64,000 bases of DNA from the NCBI GenBank assembly GCA_963793425.1, contig CAWCAG010000005.1:1632001-1696000 (forward strand), read 5' to 3'. The notes under the pieces are model-generated. The model saw only the letters and a list, made by a program, of their open reading frames with translations, did no database searches and had not been told where the DNA came from. The translations under genes and the position numbers were made by a program. How positions within the stretch are numbered: the first letter of the stretch is position 1; each line of letters opens with the position of its first letter. The stretch comes from an uncultured cyanobacterium (GTDB lineage Bacteria; Cyanobacteriota; Cyanobacteriia; Cyanobacteriales; CAWCAG01). Positions 9,888-20,518 of this stretch are shown piece by piece.

Positions 9888-10504
9888 TGAACTCTCCTCG
9901 TAATTCCTCTCCTTTAACCGCAGCTTGGCGTTTCTGGCTGCCTTTGTGTTTACAAATTGTACTTATTTTAACTGTCCCTGCCCAAGCAGTCTATACCCAT
10001 CTTTCCGGGCAAACCGTCATCCTGCAAACTGTCCCCGTAGATCCCTATGACTTGCTGCGGGGTTACTCTCAAACCTTAAGATACCAGGTTTCTCAACCAG
10101 ATACCTTTAAAAATCTACCTGGAGGAGAAATCATTCCCTCAGACAACAAACCAGGACGACAACAGATTGATGTATACATCACGTTGCAAGCCCCAGCTAA
10201 TGCAGAATCTACTCCAGGAAGCCCTACACCTTGGCAACCTGTAGCTATTAGTGGCAACCTACCTAATAATTTATCGCCTAATCAAGTTGCTTTGCGGGGT
10301 GAATATTATTATACTTCCATTGAATATGGCTTAGAAACCTATTATTTTCCTGAAGATCGCCGGGAAGAAATCAACAGCGAGATTGGGCAAACCTTTGGTA
10401 ATTCACCCGAAGAACGTCCTTTTGTGGTAGAAGTTAAGGTTGATAGTCGAGGTAACGCTGTGGTAGATAGTTTGTGGGTTGGTGATCGCAAATATAAGTT
10501 TTAA
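9888..10504 (+). CDS. GDYXXLXY domain membrane-anchored protein
   Basis: VILQTVPVDPYDLLRGYSQTLRY, YGLETYYFPE, VEVKVDSRGNAV; likely start is the ATG at 9888. Confidence 0.85.
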
Positions 10505-10642
10505 GCTTGGGGTTTGACTGTTAATGGTAAGTTAGACTACAATTCCCTTAGTTCCAGAGGTATAAAGGGCTGGCGATCACATTTTTTAAACTTTGCAAAA
10601 TATTAAGAAAAAAATCTTTTTTTTGAGCTTTGCGGCTTTTTG

Positions 10643-10763
10643 CTCTTGACGTAGTATAATTATTTTAGATAATGGGGATAGTGACATTTTTTTTTGTTTA
10701 ATAGTATCTATTCACCATTATGAAATATACCATGTCACGAAGATAGAATCAAGAGAAAGATTA
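10643..10763 (+). promoter_or_regulatory. Sigma70-like promoter within a leader-like element, copy A (homologous to 58180-58300)
   Basis: TTGACG (10646-10651), 16 nt, GATAAT (10668-10673); conserved block TAGAATCAAGAGAAAGA at 10744. Confidence 0.55.
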
Positions 10764-10775
10764 TTATCAGAAACC

Positions 10776-11669
10776 ATGAAAAATATCGCTAAAAAACTAA
10801 CCTACACAACTGCAGGCTTATTTAGCACCGTTGCTTTACTAGCAACTTGGAGTTTCATTGAACCTCGTTTTCTAAATACGATAACTGAAGTTGCCGAAAT
10901 TCCTAACCTTCCTCAATCGTGGCAGGGCAAACAAATTGGTCAAATCTCAGACTTCCAAATTGGACTGTGGGGAGATAATCGCGGCACTGTGCGTCGTAGT
11001 GTTGATAAATTAATTGCAGCCAAACCTGCTGCGGTGTTAATTAGTGGTGACTTTCTTTATCACTCTACACCCAACCCGGAACCAGAAATTGAAACAGCAG
11101 TCGGTTTAGTTCGTCCTCTGGTTGAAGCCGGGATTCCCACCTATGCAGTGTTGGGCAACCATGATTACGGCATGAGTGAAAAGTCTGCACCCCCTAAAAC
11201 AGAATTAGCAAACCGTTTAGAAACAGCATTAGAAGCAGCAGGAATAGAAGTGCTGGAAAATGAAGCGGTGGAATTGCAATTACCCGATAGCAATCAGCCT
11301 CTTTATTTGGTGGGAGTTGGTTCCCTGTGGGCAAATAGAGATAATGTAAAACAAGCTTTAAGCAATGTACCAAACAACAGTCCCCAAATCGTCATGATGC
11401 ACAACCCCGACTCATTTGAAAAGTTCCCTGCTAATTCAGCCCCTTTAGCGGTTGCAGGGCATACCCATGGAGGACAAGTTCGTGTTCCCTATACACCCCA
11501 ATGGTCATGGTTGAGGTTCACCGAACCTGATAAAGTGTATGCAGATGGTTGGGCAAAGGGTTATGGCAAACCGGGCAACCAACTTTATGTTAACGTTGGC
11601 ATTGGTATGAGTATGGCCCCCATACGTTTGTTTTGCCTACCAGAATTAACCTTGTTTACTCTCAATTAG
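10776..11669 (+). CDS. Calcineurin-like metallophosphoesterase (YkuE-like)
   Basis: SDFQ, GDF, LGNHD, MHNPD, GHTHGGQ, YVNVGIG motifs. Confidence 0.9.
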   Translation: MKNIAKKLTYTTAGLFSTVALLATWSFIEPRFLNTITEVAEIPNLPQSWQGKQIGQISDFQIGLWGDNRGTVRRSVDKLIAAKPAAVLISGDFLYHSTPNPEPEIETAVGLVRPLVEAGIPTYAVLGNHDYGMSEKSAPPKTELANRLETALEAAGIEVLENEAVELQLPDSNQPLYLVGVGSLWANRDNVKQALSNVPNNSPQIVMMHNPDSFEKFPANSAPLAVAGHTHGGQVRVPYTPQWSWLRFTEPDKVYADGWAKGYGKPGNQLYVNVGIGMSMAPIRLFCLPELTLFTLN

Positions 11670-11788
11670 CTTCAACTGTTGTATCTGAGAAGCTTACACA
11701 ATGAAAACTATGTAACAACAAGCGGTACACTTATAACTATAAGCAACGAGACTTCCCTAACTGCTCCAAAGTGAGATAATTTTGAGCC

Positions 11789-14320
11789 ATGCAACGCATC
11801 GTTTTAATTGCTGGATTTGAATCTTTTAATGCTAACTTATATCGCCAAGCGGCAAAATTGGCTACTTCTCGTTGTGCTGAATTGGATATTCAAATATTTA
11901 GCGATCGCGATCTAATTTCTCAACCGGAAAACATCGCTACAGCATTGGCAGATGCAGATATATTTTTTGCTAGTTTGATATTTGATTATGATCAGGTATT
12001 GTGGTTGCGGCAAAGGGTAGACAATATTCCCATTCGTTTAGTGTTTGAGTCGGCTTTGGAATTAATGAGTCTGACTCGCTTAGGTAAATTTGTGATTGGT
12101 GATCAGCCCAAGGGAATGCCGAAACCGATTAAGTTTATCCTTAGTAAATTTAGTAATTCCAGGGAAGAAGATAAGTTAGCTGGTTATCTAAGTTTTCTTA
12201 AAGTTGGCCCAAAATTATTAAAATATATTCCTGCTAAAAAAGTGCAGGATTTACGGAACTGGTTAATCATTTATGGTTACTGGAATGCTGGAGGAAGTGA
12301 TAATGTGGCAGCAATGTTTTGGGTACTTGCCCAGAAGTATTTAAGGCTGGAGGTGGGAGCAATTCCTACTCCTTTAGAAACTCCTAACATGGGTTTGTTA
12401 CATCCAGAATATGCTGGTTATTTCACTTCTCCCCAGGATTATTTGGATTGGTATAGGCAATTTCTAAAAACCGATTCCTGGGAAGCTGGGGAGGAGGAGA
12501 GATGGGGGGGAGAATCCAGTTATTGCTATTCTTTTATATCGCAAACACGTTATCACCAAACAACCCTATATTTCTCAATTAATTCGCTATTTTGAAGAGG
12601 AAGGATTAACCCCTTTACCTATTTTTATTAATGGTGTGGAAGGTCATGTAGCAGTTAGGGATTGGTTAACCACTGCCTATGAAACTCAACAACGACAACA
12701 GGGCAACAAAGCCATCCTTTCCTTAATCCCTGAAGCCGTAGAAGTTGAAGTAATCGTCTCTACCATTGGTTTTCCCTTAGTTGGTGGTCCCGCAGGTTCC
12801 ATGGAAGCAGGGAGACAGGTGGAGGTTGCTAAAACTATCTTACAAGCCAAGAATATTCCTTATCTTATAGCTGCACCTTTATTAATTCAAGATATTCATT
12901 CCTGGACTCGTCAAGGTATTGGAGGGTTGCAAAGTGTGGTGTTATATTCCTTGCCGGAGTTGGATGGGGCAATTGATACCGTACCTTTGGGAGGATTGGT
13001 GGGGGATGATATTTATCTGATTCCCGAACGGGTTAAGCGGTTAACAGGGCGGCTGAAAAGCTGGATTAAGTTACATAACACCCCTGTTCAGGAAAAGAAA
13101 ATTGCCATTATTTTATACAACTTCCCCCCAGGTTACGGGGCAACGGGGACAGCCGCCTTATTAAATGTGCCGCGATCGCTACTTAAATTATTGCAAAGCC
13201 TTAAAGAAGCAGGTTATCAAGTTGGGGAATTGCCGGAATCTGGAGAAGAATTAATCCGCCAGATTAAAGCAGCGGATGAAGATTACCAAGGAGAAAATAC
13301 CGTTAATGTCCAAACCTTAGAAACATGGTTAGGACATCTCCACTGGAATCGTATTACTAAACATTGGCAATCCCTTACCGAAACAGGAATTAAAACCCAA
13401 AAAGAGCAGTTTCACCTGGGTGGGGTGCAACTAGGAAATATTTGGCTGGGGGTGCAACCTCCTTTGGGTATAGAAGGAGATCCTATGCGGTTAATGTTTG
13501 AGAAAGATTTAACCCCCCATCCCCAATACACCGCCTTCTATCAGTGGTTGCAAAAGCAGTGGCAAGCTGATGCCCTAATTCATTTTGGGATGCACGGTAC
13601 GGTAGAATGGTTACCTGGTTCTCCTTTAGGTAATACAGGTTATTCTTGGCCAGATTTATTGTTAGGAAATTTACCCAATTTATACATCTACGCAGCTAAT
13701 AATCCTTCAGAATCTATCCTCGCCAAGCGTCGAGGTTATGGAGTTTTGATTTCCCACAACGTCCCTCCCTATGGCAGGGCTGGGTTATACAAAGAGTTGA
13801 TGGCACTGCGGGAATTAATTGGGGAATATCGCGAAGATCCTCAGAAAAACTATCTCTTAAAAGAGGCCATTTGCCAAAAAATTGTTGATGCAGGTATAAA
13901 TAAGGATTGCCCCTTTGCAGAAGGGAGAAAGTCAGGTATTGCTTTTAATGTTGAAAAGGCTAAGTTGTTTAGCAAAAAGGTAATTAACGATTATTTCCTT
14001 CAGGTTTATGAATACTTACAAGGGGTGCTTATGAAATCTCTCAACGTCTGACAGCCTTGATTGGTTGGGGTGGTACTGTGGATTTTTGTGATAATTGGGT
14101 ATACGAACAAGCGGCAGATACCTACGCTTTAGATGAGGAGATGGCAACAAAGTTAAGGTCAGCAAATCCGGAAGCATTTCGTAACATTGTGGAGAGGATG
14201 TTGGAAGCAAATGGAAGAGGGTTTTGGGATGCGGATGGAGAGAGGTTAGAGAAATTAAGAGAGATATATGAGTTAGCGGATGAGGAAATTGAGGGAGTAG
14301 GGGCGGTTTCTAGTCAATAA
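11789..14320 (+). pseudogene. bchH: Magnesium chelatase H subunit paralog (BchH-type) with a frameshift and a large central deletion
   Basis: Three ORF pieces. There is a frameshift at the G-run near 12504-12510 (ENPVIAILLYRKHVITKQPY continues in another frame) and an HFGMHGTVEWLPG motif. At ~14020, YEYLQ joins out of frame to the C-terminal GAYEISQRLTALIGWGGT. Confidence 0.85.
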
Positions 14321-14452
14321 CTAAATCTTGTTCAATCTGCGATCACCTCATAAATTCAACGATTCAAAATCATTTTATCTATGATGACTTTTTTCACATT
14401 CCATCTATACTCTATTCAGCAAGACCAAAAATATATCTTTAAATGACTATTT

Positions 14453-16261
14453 ATGCAAACAATTGATTGGCTCATTGTCTTACTTTACATGGTAACCACT
14501 ATGGGGGTGGGAATCTATTTATCTCGTAAAGCCTCGAAAAGCTTAGTAGATTTTTTCGTATCCGGGCGATCGCTACCTTGGTGGTTAGCGGGTACAAGTA
14601 TGGCAGCCACCACCTTTTCCATTGATACTCCTTTATATATAGCCGCAGTAGTAGCAGGGCGAGGTATTGCCGGAAACTGGGAATGGTGGGGTTTTGGCAT
14701 TGCCCATATTATCCTTATTTATATCTTCTCCCGTCTGTGGAGGCGTTCAGAAGTTGTCACCGATGCCCAGTTAACAGAGATGCGTTATGGGGGCAACATG
14801 GCTGCTTTGTTGCGGGGAACAAAAGCCTTTCTTTTCGCTGTACCCATTAATTGTATCGGTATTGGTTTAGCCATGCTAGCAACGGTTAAGGTAGTTGATG
14901 CCTTGGAATTGTGGCAAAGTTTAGGTTTTGAACCAGGGAACAACCTCAAAATTTGGAGTGTCATTGGAGTTAGTGTTTTTGTCTTGGTTTATGCTGGTTT
15001 TGCTGGTTTGTGGGGAGTTGTTGCCACAGACTTTTTCCAGTTTTTCCTGGGTTTATTCGGGGCTATAGTTGTTGCAGTGGTTGCTGTTAATCATGTTGGG
15101 GGCATCCATGAATTAATTCCCCAGGTTCAAGCTAACACAGACATTGATGTTTTAGCCTTTTTCCCCTTCACCATAGGTAGTAAAGGTATTGTTTGGAGTG
15201 ATGCAGCAGGGATTACCGCAACCACTTTCTCAGCTTATGTATTTGTAAACTGGTGGTCATTTCGTCGTAGCGATGGCGGAGGAGAGTTTGTACAACGTCT
15301 GGCCGCAGCAAAAGATGAAGCAGAAGCAGAAAAAGCTTCCTGGTTTTTCAACCTCTTACATTACATCATCCGTACCTGGCCTTGGATAGTTGTTGCCTTA
15401 GTTGCCATTGTGGTATATCCAGACTTAGAAGATCCTGAATTTGGTTATCCCAAATTAATGCTGGATTTCTTACCCACAGGCATATTAGGACTAGTGGTTG
15501 CTTCCTTAGTTGCCGCTTTCATGAGTACAGTTTCCACCTCCATTAATTGGGGTGCATCCTATTTAACCAACGACATCTACCTGCGTTTCCTTAAACCCAA
15601 CGCTAGCCAAACTCAGTTAGTGACTTTTGGGCGTTTCGCTTCTGTTTTCGTTACCTTTTTGGGGGCATTAGCAGCCTTCTTTTCGGAGAATGTCGCCACA
15701 GTATTCCAACTAATTATTGCCATCGGCACTGGGCCAGGGTTAGTCTTAATTTTACGCTGGTTTTGGTGGCGTATCAACGCTGCCGCAGAATTAACAGCTA
15801 TGTTAGGAGGATTTAGCATCGGTTTAGTTACCACTACTTTCCCTGAAGTTAATGAGATGGAGGTTTTTGCTGATTTTGGTACACGATTATTGATCATTTC
15901 GGTAACAACTGCCTTTCTTTGGATTGCGGTAATGCTAATAACTCCTCCAGAATCCGATGCAACCCTTGATGCCTTCTACACGAAAGTACGTCCCGGTGGT
16001 CCCGGTTGGCAACGTCAGAGGGAACGTACAGGGATAAAATCAGAGCAGAATTTAGCCCAGGATATCCTTAAAGTTATTGCGGCAGTATTCCTGCTTTTCG
16101 GGACAATGTTCGCCACCGGTGGCTTTTTATTGCTACAGCCCAAAACTGGTTGGATTTCTTTGATAGTTGCCGTATTAAGTGGTTTCTGGTTGCGTCAACT
16201 CAGTAAGCGCAAAATCTTACCGATGCCGAGGCCAGGACTTGATGATGATGATTTTAGCTAA
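14453..16261 (+). CDS. Sodium:solute symporter family protein
   Basis: DFFVSGRSLPWWLAGTSMAATTFS, GLWGVVATDFFQF, AAFMSTVSTSINWG; many TM helices. Confidence 0.93.
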   Translation: MQTIDWLIVLLYMVTTMGVGIYLSRKASKSLVDFFVSGRSLPWWLAGTSMAATTFSIDTPLYIAAVVAGRGIAGNWEWWGFGIAHIILIYIFSRLWRRSEVVTDAQLTEMRYGGNMAALLRGTKAFLFAVPINCIGIGLAMLATVKVVDALELWQSLGFEPGNNLKIWSVIGVSVFVLVYAGFAGLWGVVATDFFQFFLGLFGAIVVAVVAVNHVGGIHELIPQVQANTDIDVLAFFPFTIGSKGIVWSDAAGITATTFSAYVFVNWWSFRRSDGGGEFVQRLAAAKDEAEAEKASWFFNLLHYIIRTWPWIVVALVAIVVYPDLEDPEFGYPKLMLDFLPTGILGLVVASLVAAFMSTVSTSINWGASYLTNDIYLRFLKPNASQTQLVTFGRFASVFVTFLGALAAFFSENVATVFQLIIAIGTGPGLVLILRWFWWRINAAAELTAMLGGFSIGLVTTTFPEVNEMEVFADFGTRLLIISVTTAFLWIAVMLITPPESDATLDAFYTKVRPGGPGWQRQRERTGIKSEQNLAQDILKVIAAVFLLFGTMFATGGFLLLQPKTGWISLIVAVLSGFWLRQLSKRKILPMPRPGLDDDDFS

Positions 16262-16331
16262 GATGTAATATTACCAAATCTGGTTACTAAAGTAGTAGTA
16301 TAAATCTAATTTGCTTTAGTTTATACAAAGC

Positions 16332-17675
16332 CTAATTATCCCCTAAAGTAGGCAATAAAACCTTAAATGTGGAACCTTGTTCTAACTTACTTGTTACAGA
16401 AATAGAACCACCGCAGCGTAATAATAGATGATGGACAATAGTTAAGCCTAACCCAGCTCCTTTTCTATTTTCCATGCCAGTTATTCTACCTCGATAAAAA
16501 CTATTAAAAATGTTTTTGAGATCAGTAGCAGCAATGCCAAAACCTGTATCAGTAAATGTTAGCTGCACTTTTTCTGTGGCTAGAGAAACAAAGACAGAAA
16601 CTTGACCTCCGGAGGGGGTAAATTTGAGACAATTATCAAGAAGATTAATAATAATTTGTTTCAACCAATTACTCGGACAAGCAATTAAAGGTAAATCCGC
16701 CGTAACGGTATAACCAAGACGAATGCCTTTTTCTGTGGCCAAAGGTTGATAGATGCTAACAATACCAGGGACTAAATCTGTAACTGAAGCAATACATTGC
16801 TTATTTTTTTGAGAAAGCTTTTCTAATGCCACCAATTCCCCTAAACCACCAATCAAAGCCCCCTGGCGCTCACATTCTCCTTTTAGCATAGAAGTATAAT
16901 GCTTTCTTTGGGCTAATCTCAGTTGTTTGAACTCTAACAAACTTAGAGCAGTTTTCATGGTGCTAAGGGGAGTACAAAGTTCCGTCACCATCTGAGAAAG
17001 AAGTTCATCTTTGAAATGCAAAGAATTGTCTAAAGCTGCTTGATCTTCTTGGGATCGCCTCATCACAGTTTCAGCTTGGTCAATTTTTTCTTGACACTGG
17101 GCCTGTTTAAGCAAAAGATTAGTAACAAAATTAGATTGGTTATTAGCTAGAGGCTGATTAACAGATTTCCTTACTCTATCAACTGGCTTTTCAGGAAAAG
17201 AAACCGCTTGTTTAATAGCATTAAGTACAGTGTAAGTTAATGAGCTTTCACAACTAAATAGCACCTGCATTTGGTCAGGAATGTCATTTTTTCTTCCTAG
17301 AATAAAAGCTAAAAATTGTGATGATCTGACTAAGAAAAAAAAATCTCTTTGGAGTTGGTTATCTTTTGGTAACTCTATGGGAATAACAGAAGTAAGCAGA
17401 CTTTTATTCTTGAGGGCATCAGGAAGACAATAGTAAACTTTGCTACTAGCAACTTTTCCTTGTTGCTGATAGCGTTCAATTTCTCTCAACCAACTCTGAT
17501 CTTCCGGCGGTTTAACCCAGAAATCAGCAACTACCCTCTCCTCAATTAACAAATCCATCAATACTTTGAGTAAATTCTGAAAAGTTGTCAAACTTAACGC
17601 TATTGAAGGTGGGGTTTGGGGTAATGCTTGGGCAAATCGAAATAGGGAAAGTGTTGCAGGGGGTGATAATGCCAT
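16332..17675 (-). CDS. Sensor histidine kinase-like protein (DICT-type N-terminus, HATPase_c); H-box lacks the histidine
   Basis: N box QIIINLLDNCLKF, G1 DTGFGI, F box FNSFYR, G2 GAGLGL; the H-box region reads MVTELCTPL. Confidence 0.8.
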   Translation of the reverse strand: MALSPPATLSLFRFAQALPQTPPSIALSLTTFQNLLKVLMDLLIEERVVADFWVKPPEDQSWLREIERYQQQGKVASSKVYYCLPDALKNKSLLTSVIPIELPKDNQLQRDFFFLVRSSQFLAFILGRKNDIPDQMQVLFSCESSLTYTVLNAIKQAVSFPEKPVDRVRKSVNQPLANNQSNFVTNLLLKQAQCQEKIDQAETVMRRSQEDQAALDNSLHFKDELLSQMVTELCTPLSTMKTALSLLEFKQLRLAQRKHYTSMLKGECERQGALIGGLGELVALEKLSQKNKQCIASVTDLVPGIVSIYQPLATEKGIRLGYTVTADLPLIACPSNWLKQIIINLLDNCLKFTPSGGQVSVFVSLATEKVQLTFTDTGFGIAATDLKNIFNSFYRGRITGMENRKGAGLGLTIVHHLLLRCGGSISVTSKLEQGSTFKVLLPTLGDN

Positions 17676-18061
17676 TTATTATTTATCGTTTAACATTAAT
17701 CATTTGTGTCCTCTCCTAGCTATAAGCTGGGTGACACCTGGAAAAATCTGGAACTCTAGCCAACCATGGGGATTAATCTATAAGTATCGAGCTTTAAAAA
17801 GCATTAGATTAGGAACACACTAATCGATACCTGAATTTATTCAATGTAGATGCTGAATAAACCTTTATAGTTCCCCTTGCTCGCTTCTATAATAGCCTTG
17901 GGACTAAAATTTTAGTGAAGTAATTATTTTGAGTCATCGGTTTCGAGGGGAAAAGATTAAGCAAAGACTAAAAAACTTAAACTTTCTAGACTAATTTGTC
18001 CATAAAGAGACAAATTCCCCCAAAATAAAGAATCATACACAACCTTTGGAGTAGTGACAAA

Positions 18062-18850
18062 ATGCTGGCATACATTCTAGCTGTGGCCGTAAGTCTTGGT
18101 AGCTTGGCCCTTTATATGGCAGCTTTCTTTTTCCCGAAACTACATCGCAAAAGCGATTTTTATTGGAGTATACCAGGCTTATTTTATGCTCTAATATTGT
18201 GGGTATGTGCGGGACAAATTACTGGTGCTGTATTATTGGGGCAATTAGCCGTAGTAGCACTTTTGGGCTGGTTCGCTTGGCAAACTGTTTCTTTGCGTTA
18301 TGTTTTAGAAGCCCCGGAAGAAAGAACGGAAGCTGACCAGGATTTATTAGAAAAAATCAAAGGCTTTTTACCCACCAAGTTCTTTACTTCTCTTGCCAGT
18401 CGTCCTCCTAAAGCAACGCCGGAAGTAGAAGTTAAAGATACATTCTCTGCAACTACAGAAGTTGAATTAGAGTTACCTCCGGAAGTTCTTGAAGCAACAA
18501 CAGAAATAGCTTCAGAAGTTCCGGAAGTGCCAGAAGTTGAAGCAGAAATGCCTCCAGAAACTCCTGAAGTAGAAGCAACCGCAGAAACAGCTTTAGAAGT
18601 TCCGGAAGTGCCAGAAGTTGAAGCAGAAATCCCTTCAGAAACTCCTGATGCAGAGATTGTCATCGAAAATCCTGTAGTAGACGGTATTGAGATTAGCAAT
18701 GATCTTCCGGAAGAAACAGAAGAAACTGCTAATGAAACTGAATCTAACCTTAAACCAAAACCAGAAAGGAAAAAAGTTGCTGATACTTCAGAATCTCCAG
18801 TAACCTTTGAAGAAAGGGTCATCCAACAAAGACCTACGGATAAATCCTAA
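18062..18850 (+). CDS. ycf66: Ycf66 family protein with an acidic repetitive tail
   Basis: AAFFFPKLHRKSDFYWS..GLFYALILWVCAGQITGAVLLGQ. Confidence 0.85.
   Translation: MLAYILAVAVSLGSLALYMAAFFFPKLHRKSDFYWSIPGLFYALILWVCAGQITGAVLLGQLAVVALLGWFAWQTVSLRYVLEAPEERTEADQDLLEKIKGFLPTKFFTSLASRPPKATPEVEVKDTFSATTEVELELPPEVLEATTEIASEVPEVPEVEAEMPPETPEVEATAETALEVPEVPEVEAEIPSETPDAEIVIENPVVDGIEISNDLPEETEETANETESNLKPKPERKKVADTSESPVTFEERVIQQRPTDKS
18491..18648 (+). repeat. 81-bp (27-aa) in-frame tandem duplication within ycf66
   Basis: Units start at 18491 and 18572; both contain gaagttccggaagtgccagaagttgaagcagaaat. Confidence 0.8.
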
Positions 18851-18928
18851 CTTGATTGTTTATCCTGAAAATAGCATTCATTCTAATTGTTGAGGGAGCG
18901 ATGCCGAAGGCAAGCGAAGCTAACGCAG

Positions 18929-19771
18929 ATGGTACAATTTAAACCGCTTTTGCATCTACCAACCAGCGAAGAGCTACCTTGCTCTGATGATACCCCTGTG
19001 GATAACGAACTCCAAAATCTTGTTCCCAACTTACTCTTAAACATTCTTGCTTTTTTATGGCAAGAACGGCAAGATTGGTTTTTTGGGGTAGATATGGGTA
19101 TCTACTACCAAGATGAAAACGAATCGGAAGGTTACAAGCTGATCATACCAGATGGTTTCTTGAGTATTGGTGTACCGAGACGTTCTGGTAAAAATGGCAG
19201 ACTTAGTTATGTGTTGTGGGAAGAAAAGGTTTCCCCAATCCTGGCTATTGAAGTAGTCTCTAAAACCTACAACGATGAGTATGAAGAGAAACTGGAAAAG
19301 TATCGTGATTTAGGAATACTTTACTACCTAATCTACAACCCCAGTTATTGGCAAAGAGACGAGCATCAACCTTTGGAGTTGTATCGTTTAGAAGAGGGAG
19401 AATATATCTTACAAACAGAAGAGCCTTATTGGTTGCCAGAAATAGGCTTAGGAATAGGTAGAAACAGGGTAACTCATTTAGGATGGGAAAGAGAATGGCT
19501 GCTTTGGTATAACCAAGAGGGTGAAGCTTATTCCCTTGCCGAAGAAGCAATAGAGCAAATGCAACAGCAGCTTGGAAAGGAGCGTCAGCGTGCCGAGAGA
19601 GCGGAAAAAAGAGCTAAAGAAGCGCAAGTTAAGGCTGAAGAAGAAAGACAACTTAGAGAAAAGCAACAAAGACAGATTGTAACTCAACTCGACTCTATGG
19701 GATTAAATGCAGGACAAATCGCTGAGGCTTGTAATCTTCCCCTGGCAGAAGTTAGAGCTATTCTAGAATAA
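18929..19771 (+). CDS. Uma2 (DUF820) family endonuclease-like protein
   Basis: LPTSEELPCSDDTPVDNELQ, WFFGVDMG, PDGFLS, AIEVVS, YLIYNP; coiled-coil tail. Confidence 0.9.
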   Translation: MVQFKPLLHLPTSEELPCSDDTPVDNELQNLVPNLLLNILAFLWQERQDWFFGVDMGIYYQDENESEGYKLIIPDGFLSIGVPRRSGKNGRLSYVLWEEKVSPILAIEVVSKTYNDEYEEKLEKYRDLGILYYLIYNPSYWQRDEHQPLELYRLEEGEYILQTEEPYWLPEIGLGIGRNRVTHLGWEREWLLWYNQEGEAYSLAEEAIEQMQQQLGKERQRAERAEKRAKEAQVKAEEERQLREKQQRQIVTQLDSMGLNAGQIAEACNLPLAEVRAILE

Positions 19772-19779
19772 CTGCTTCC

Positions 19780-19902
19780 TAGGGTGAGTTTATTTGGCTT
19801 TTTGATAATTTCGCACCTATGTAATTCGTAGCGTTTGCCATCATTGAGATATAGTTCAATAAATCCATCGAAGGTGAATAATTGGGACAAAGCCTAAGTC
19901 AT
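19780..19902 (-). pseudogene. Uma2 N-terminal remnant
   Basis: MT*ALSQLFTFDGFIELYLNDGKRYELH, with a nonsense codon at position 3 and truncation after it. Confidence 0.65.
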
Positions 19903-19977
19903 TATTTAACCTCCACAAGACAGCTTGTTCCTCACTATATAGCAATTCTATTTCTTAAAAATGGAACTTAAAAACTG

Positions 19978-20383
19978 ATGAATAAAGCGAGTGCAAAAAT
20001 CATTGCTTCTACATTTCCTTTTTGGGAAAAACTGGATACTGAAACCAAGACAGATTTTCTTACCCAAAGTCAGCTTCTAACCTTGTCCCCAAATCAATTT
20101 GTTTGTTTAGAGGGGGACTTTTGTAATCTTTTACCACTAGTAATTTCTGGCAGTGTACGTATTTATAAAATAGGAGAAAGTGGCAGAGAAATCACTCTTT
20201 ATCATCTAGGTAAAGGCGACTGTACAAATAACCCATGAAGCAATCGCCCAAGAATTGGGTACTTCTAGAGAAGTAGTTAGTCGTATTCTCAAAACTTTTG
20301 AAAAACAAGAATTATTATCTTTGTCACGGGGGAAAATTGAACTCAAAAACTGTTCAAAAATTGCAAATATCGCCCTAGGATGA
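19978..20383 (+). pseudogene. Crp/Fnr-family regulator with a central deletion
   Basis: The cNMP-domain start (ISGSVRIYKIGESGREITLY) joins out of frame at ~20222 to the HTH ITHEAIAQELGTSREVVSRILKTFEKQ...*. Confidence 0.85.
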
Positions 20384-20408
20384 ATTTTCTAAGTTATAGA
20401 CTTTTCTG

Positions 20409-20423
20409 TGTGACTTTATCACA
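20409..20423. promoter_or_regulatory. Crp-family-like palindrome TGTGA-N5-TCACA
   Basis: tgtgactttatcaca lies just downstream of the crp remnant; the spacer is 1 nt shorter than canonical CRP sites. Confidence 0.35.
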
Positions 20424-20518
20424 GAATAAATCGAGCTAAACTGATTACTATTTTCATAGTTGGTTGAAGATGAGCAGTTTTTCCTGGAATGGCAGATTAA
20501 TCTACCAGAAATTAGTAC

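Noticed and set aside
18298..18822. Long antisense ORF, and the other nested or antisense ORFs in the track
   Set aside because: They are shadows of well-supported genes and contain no recognisable motifs
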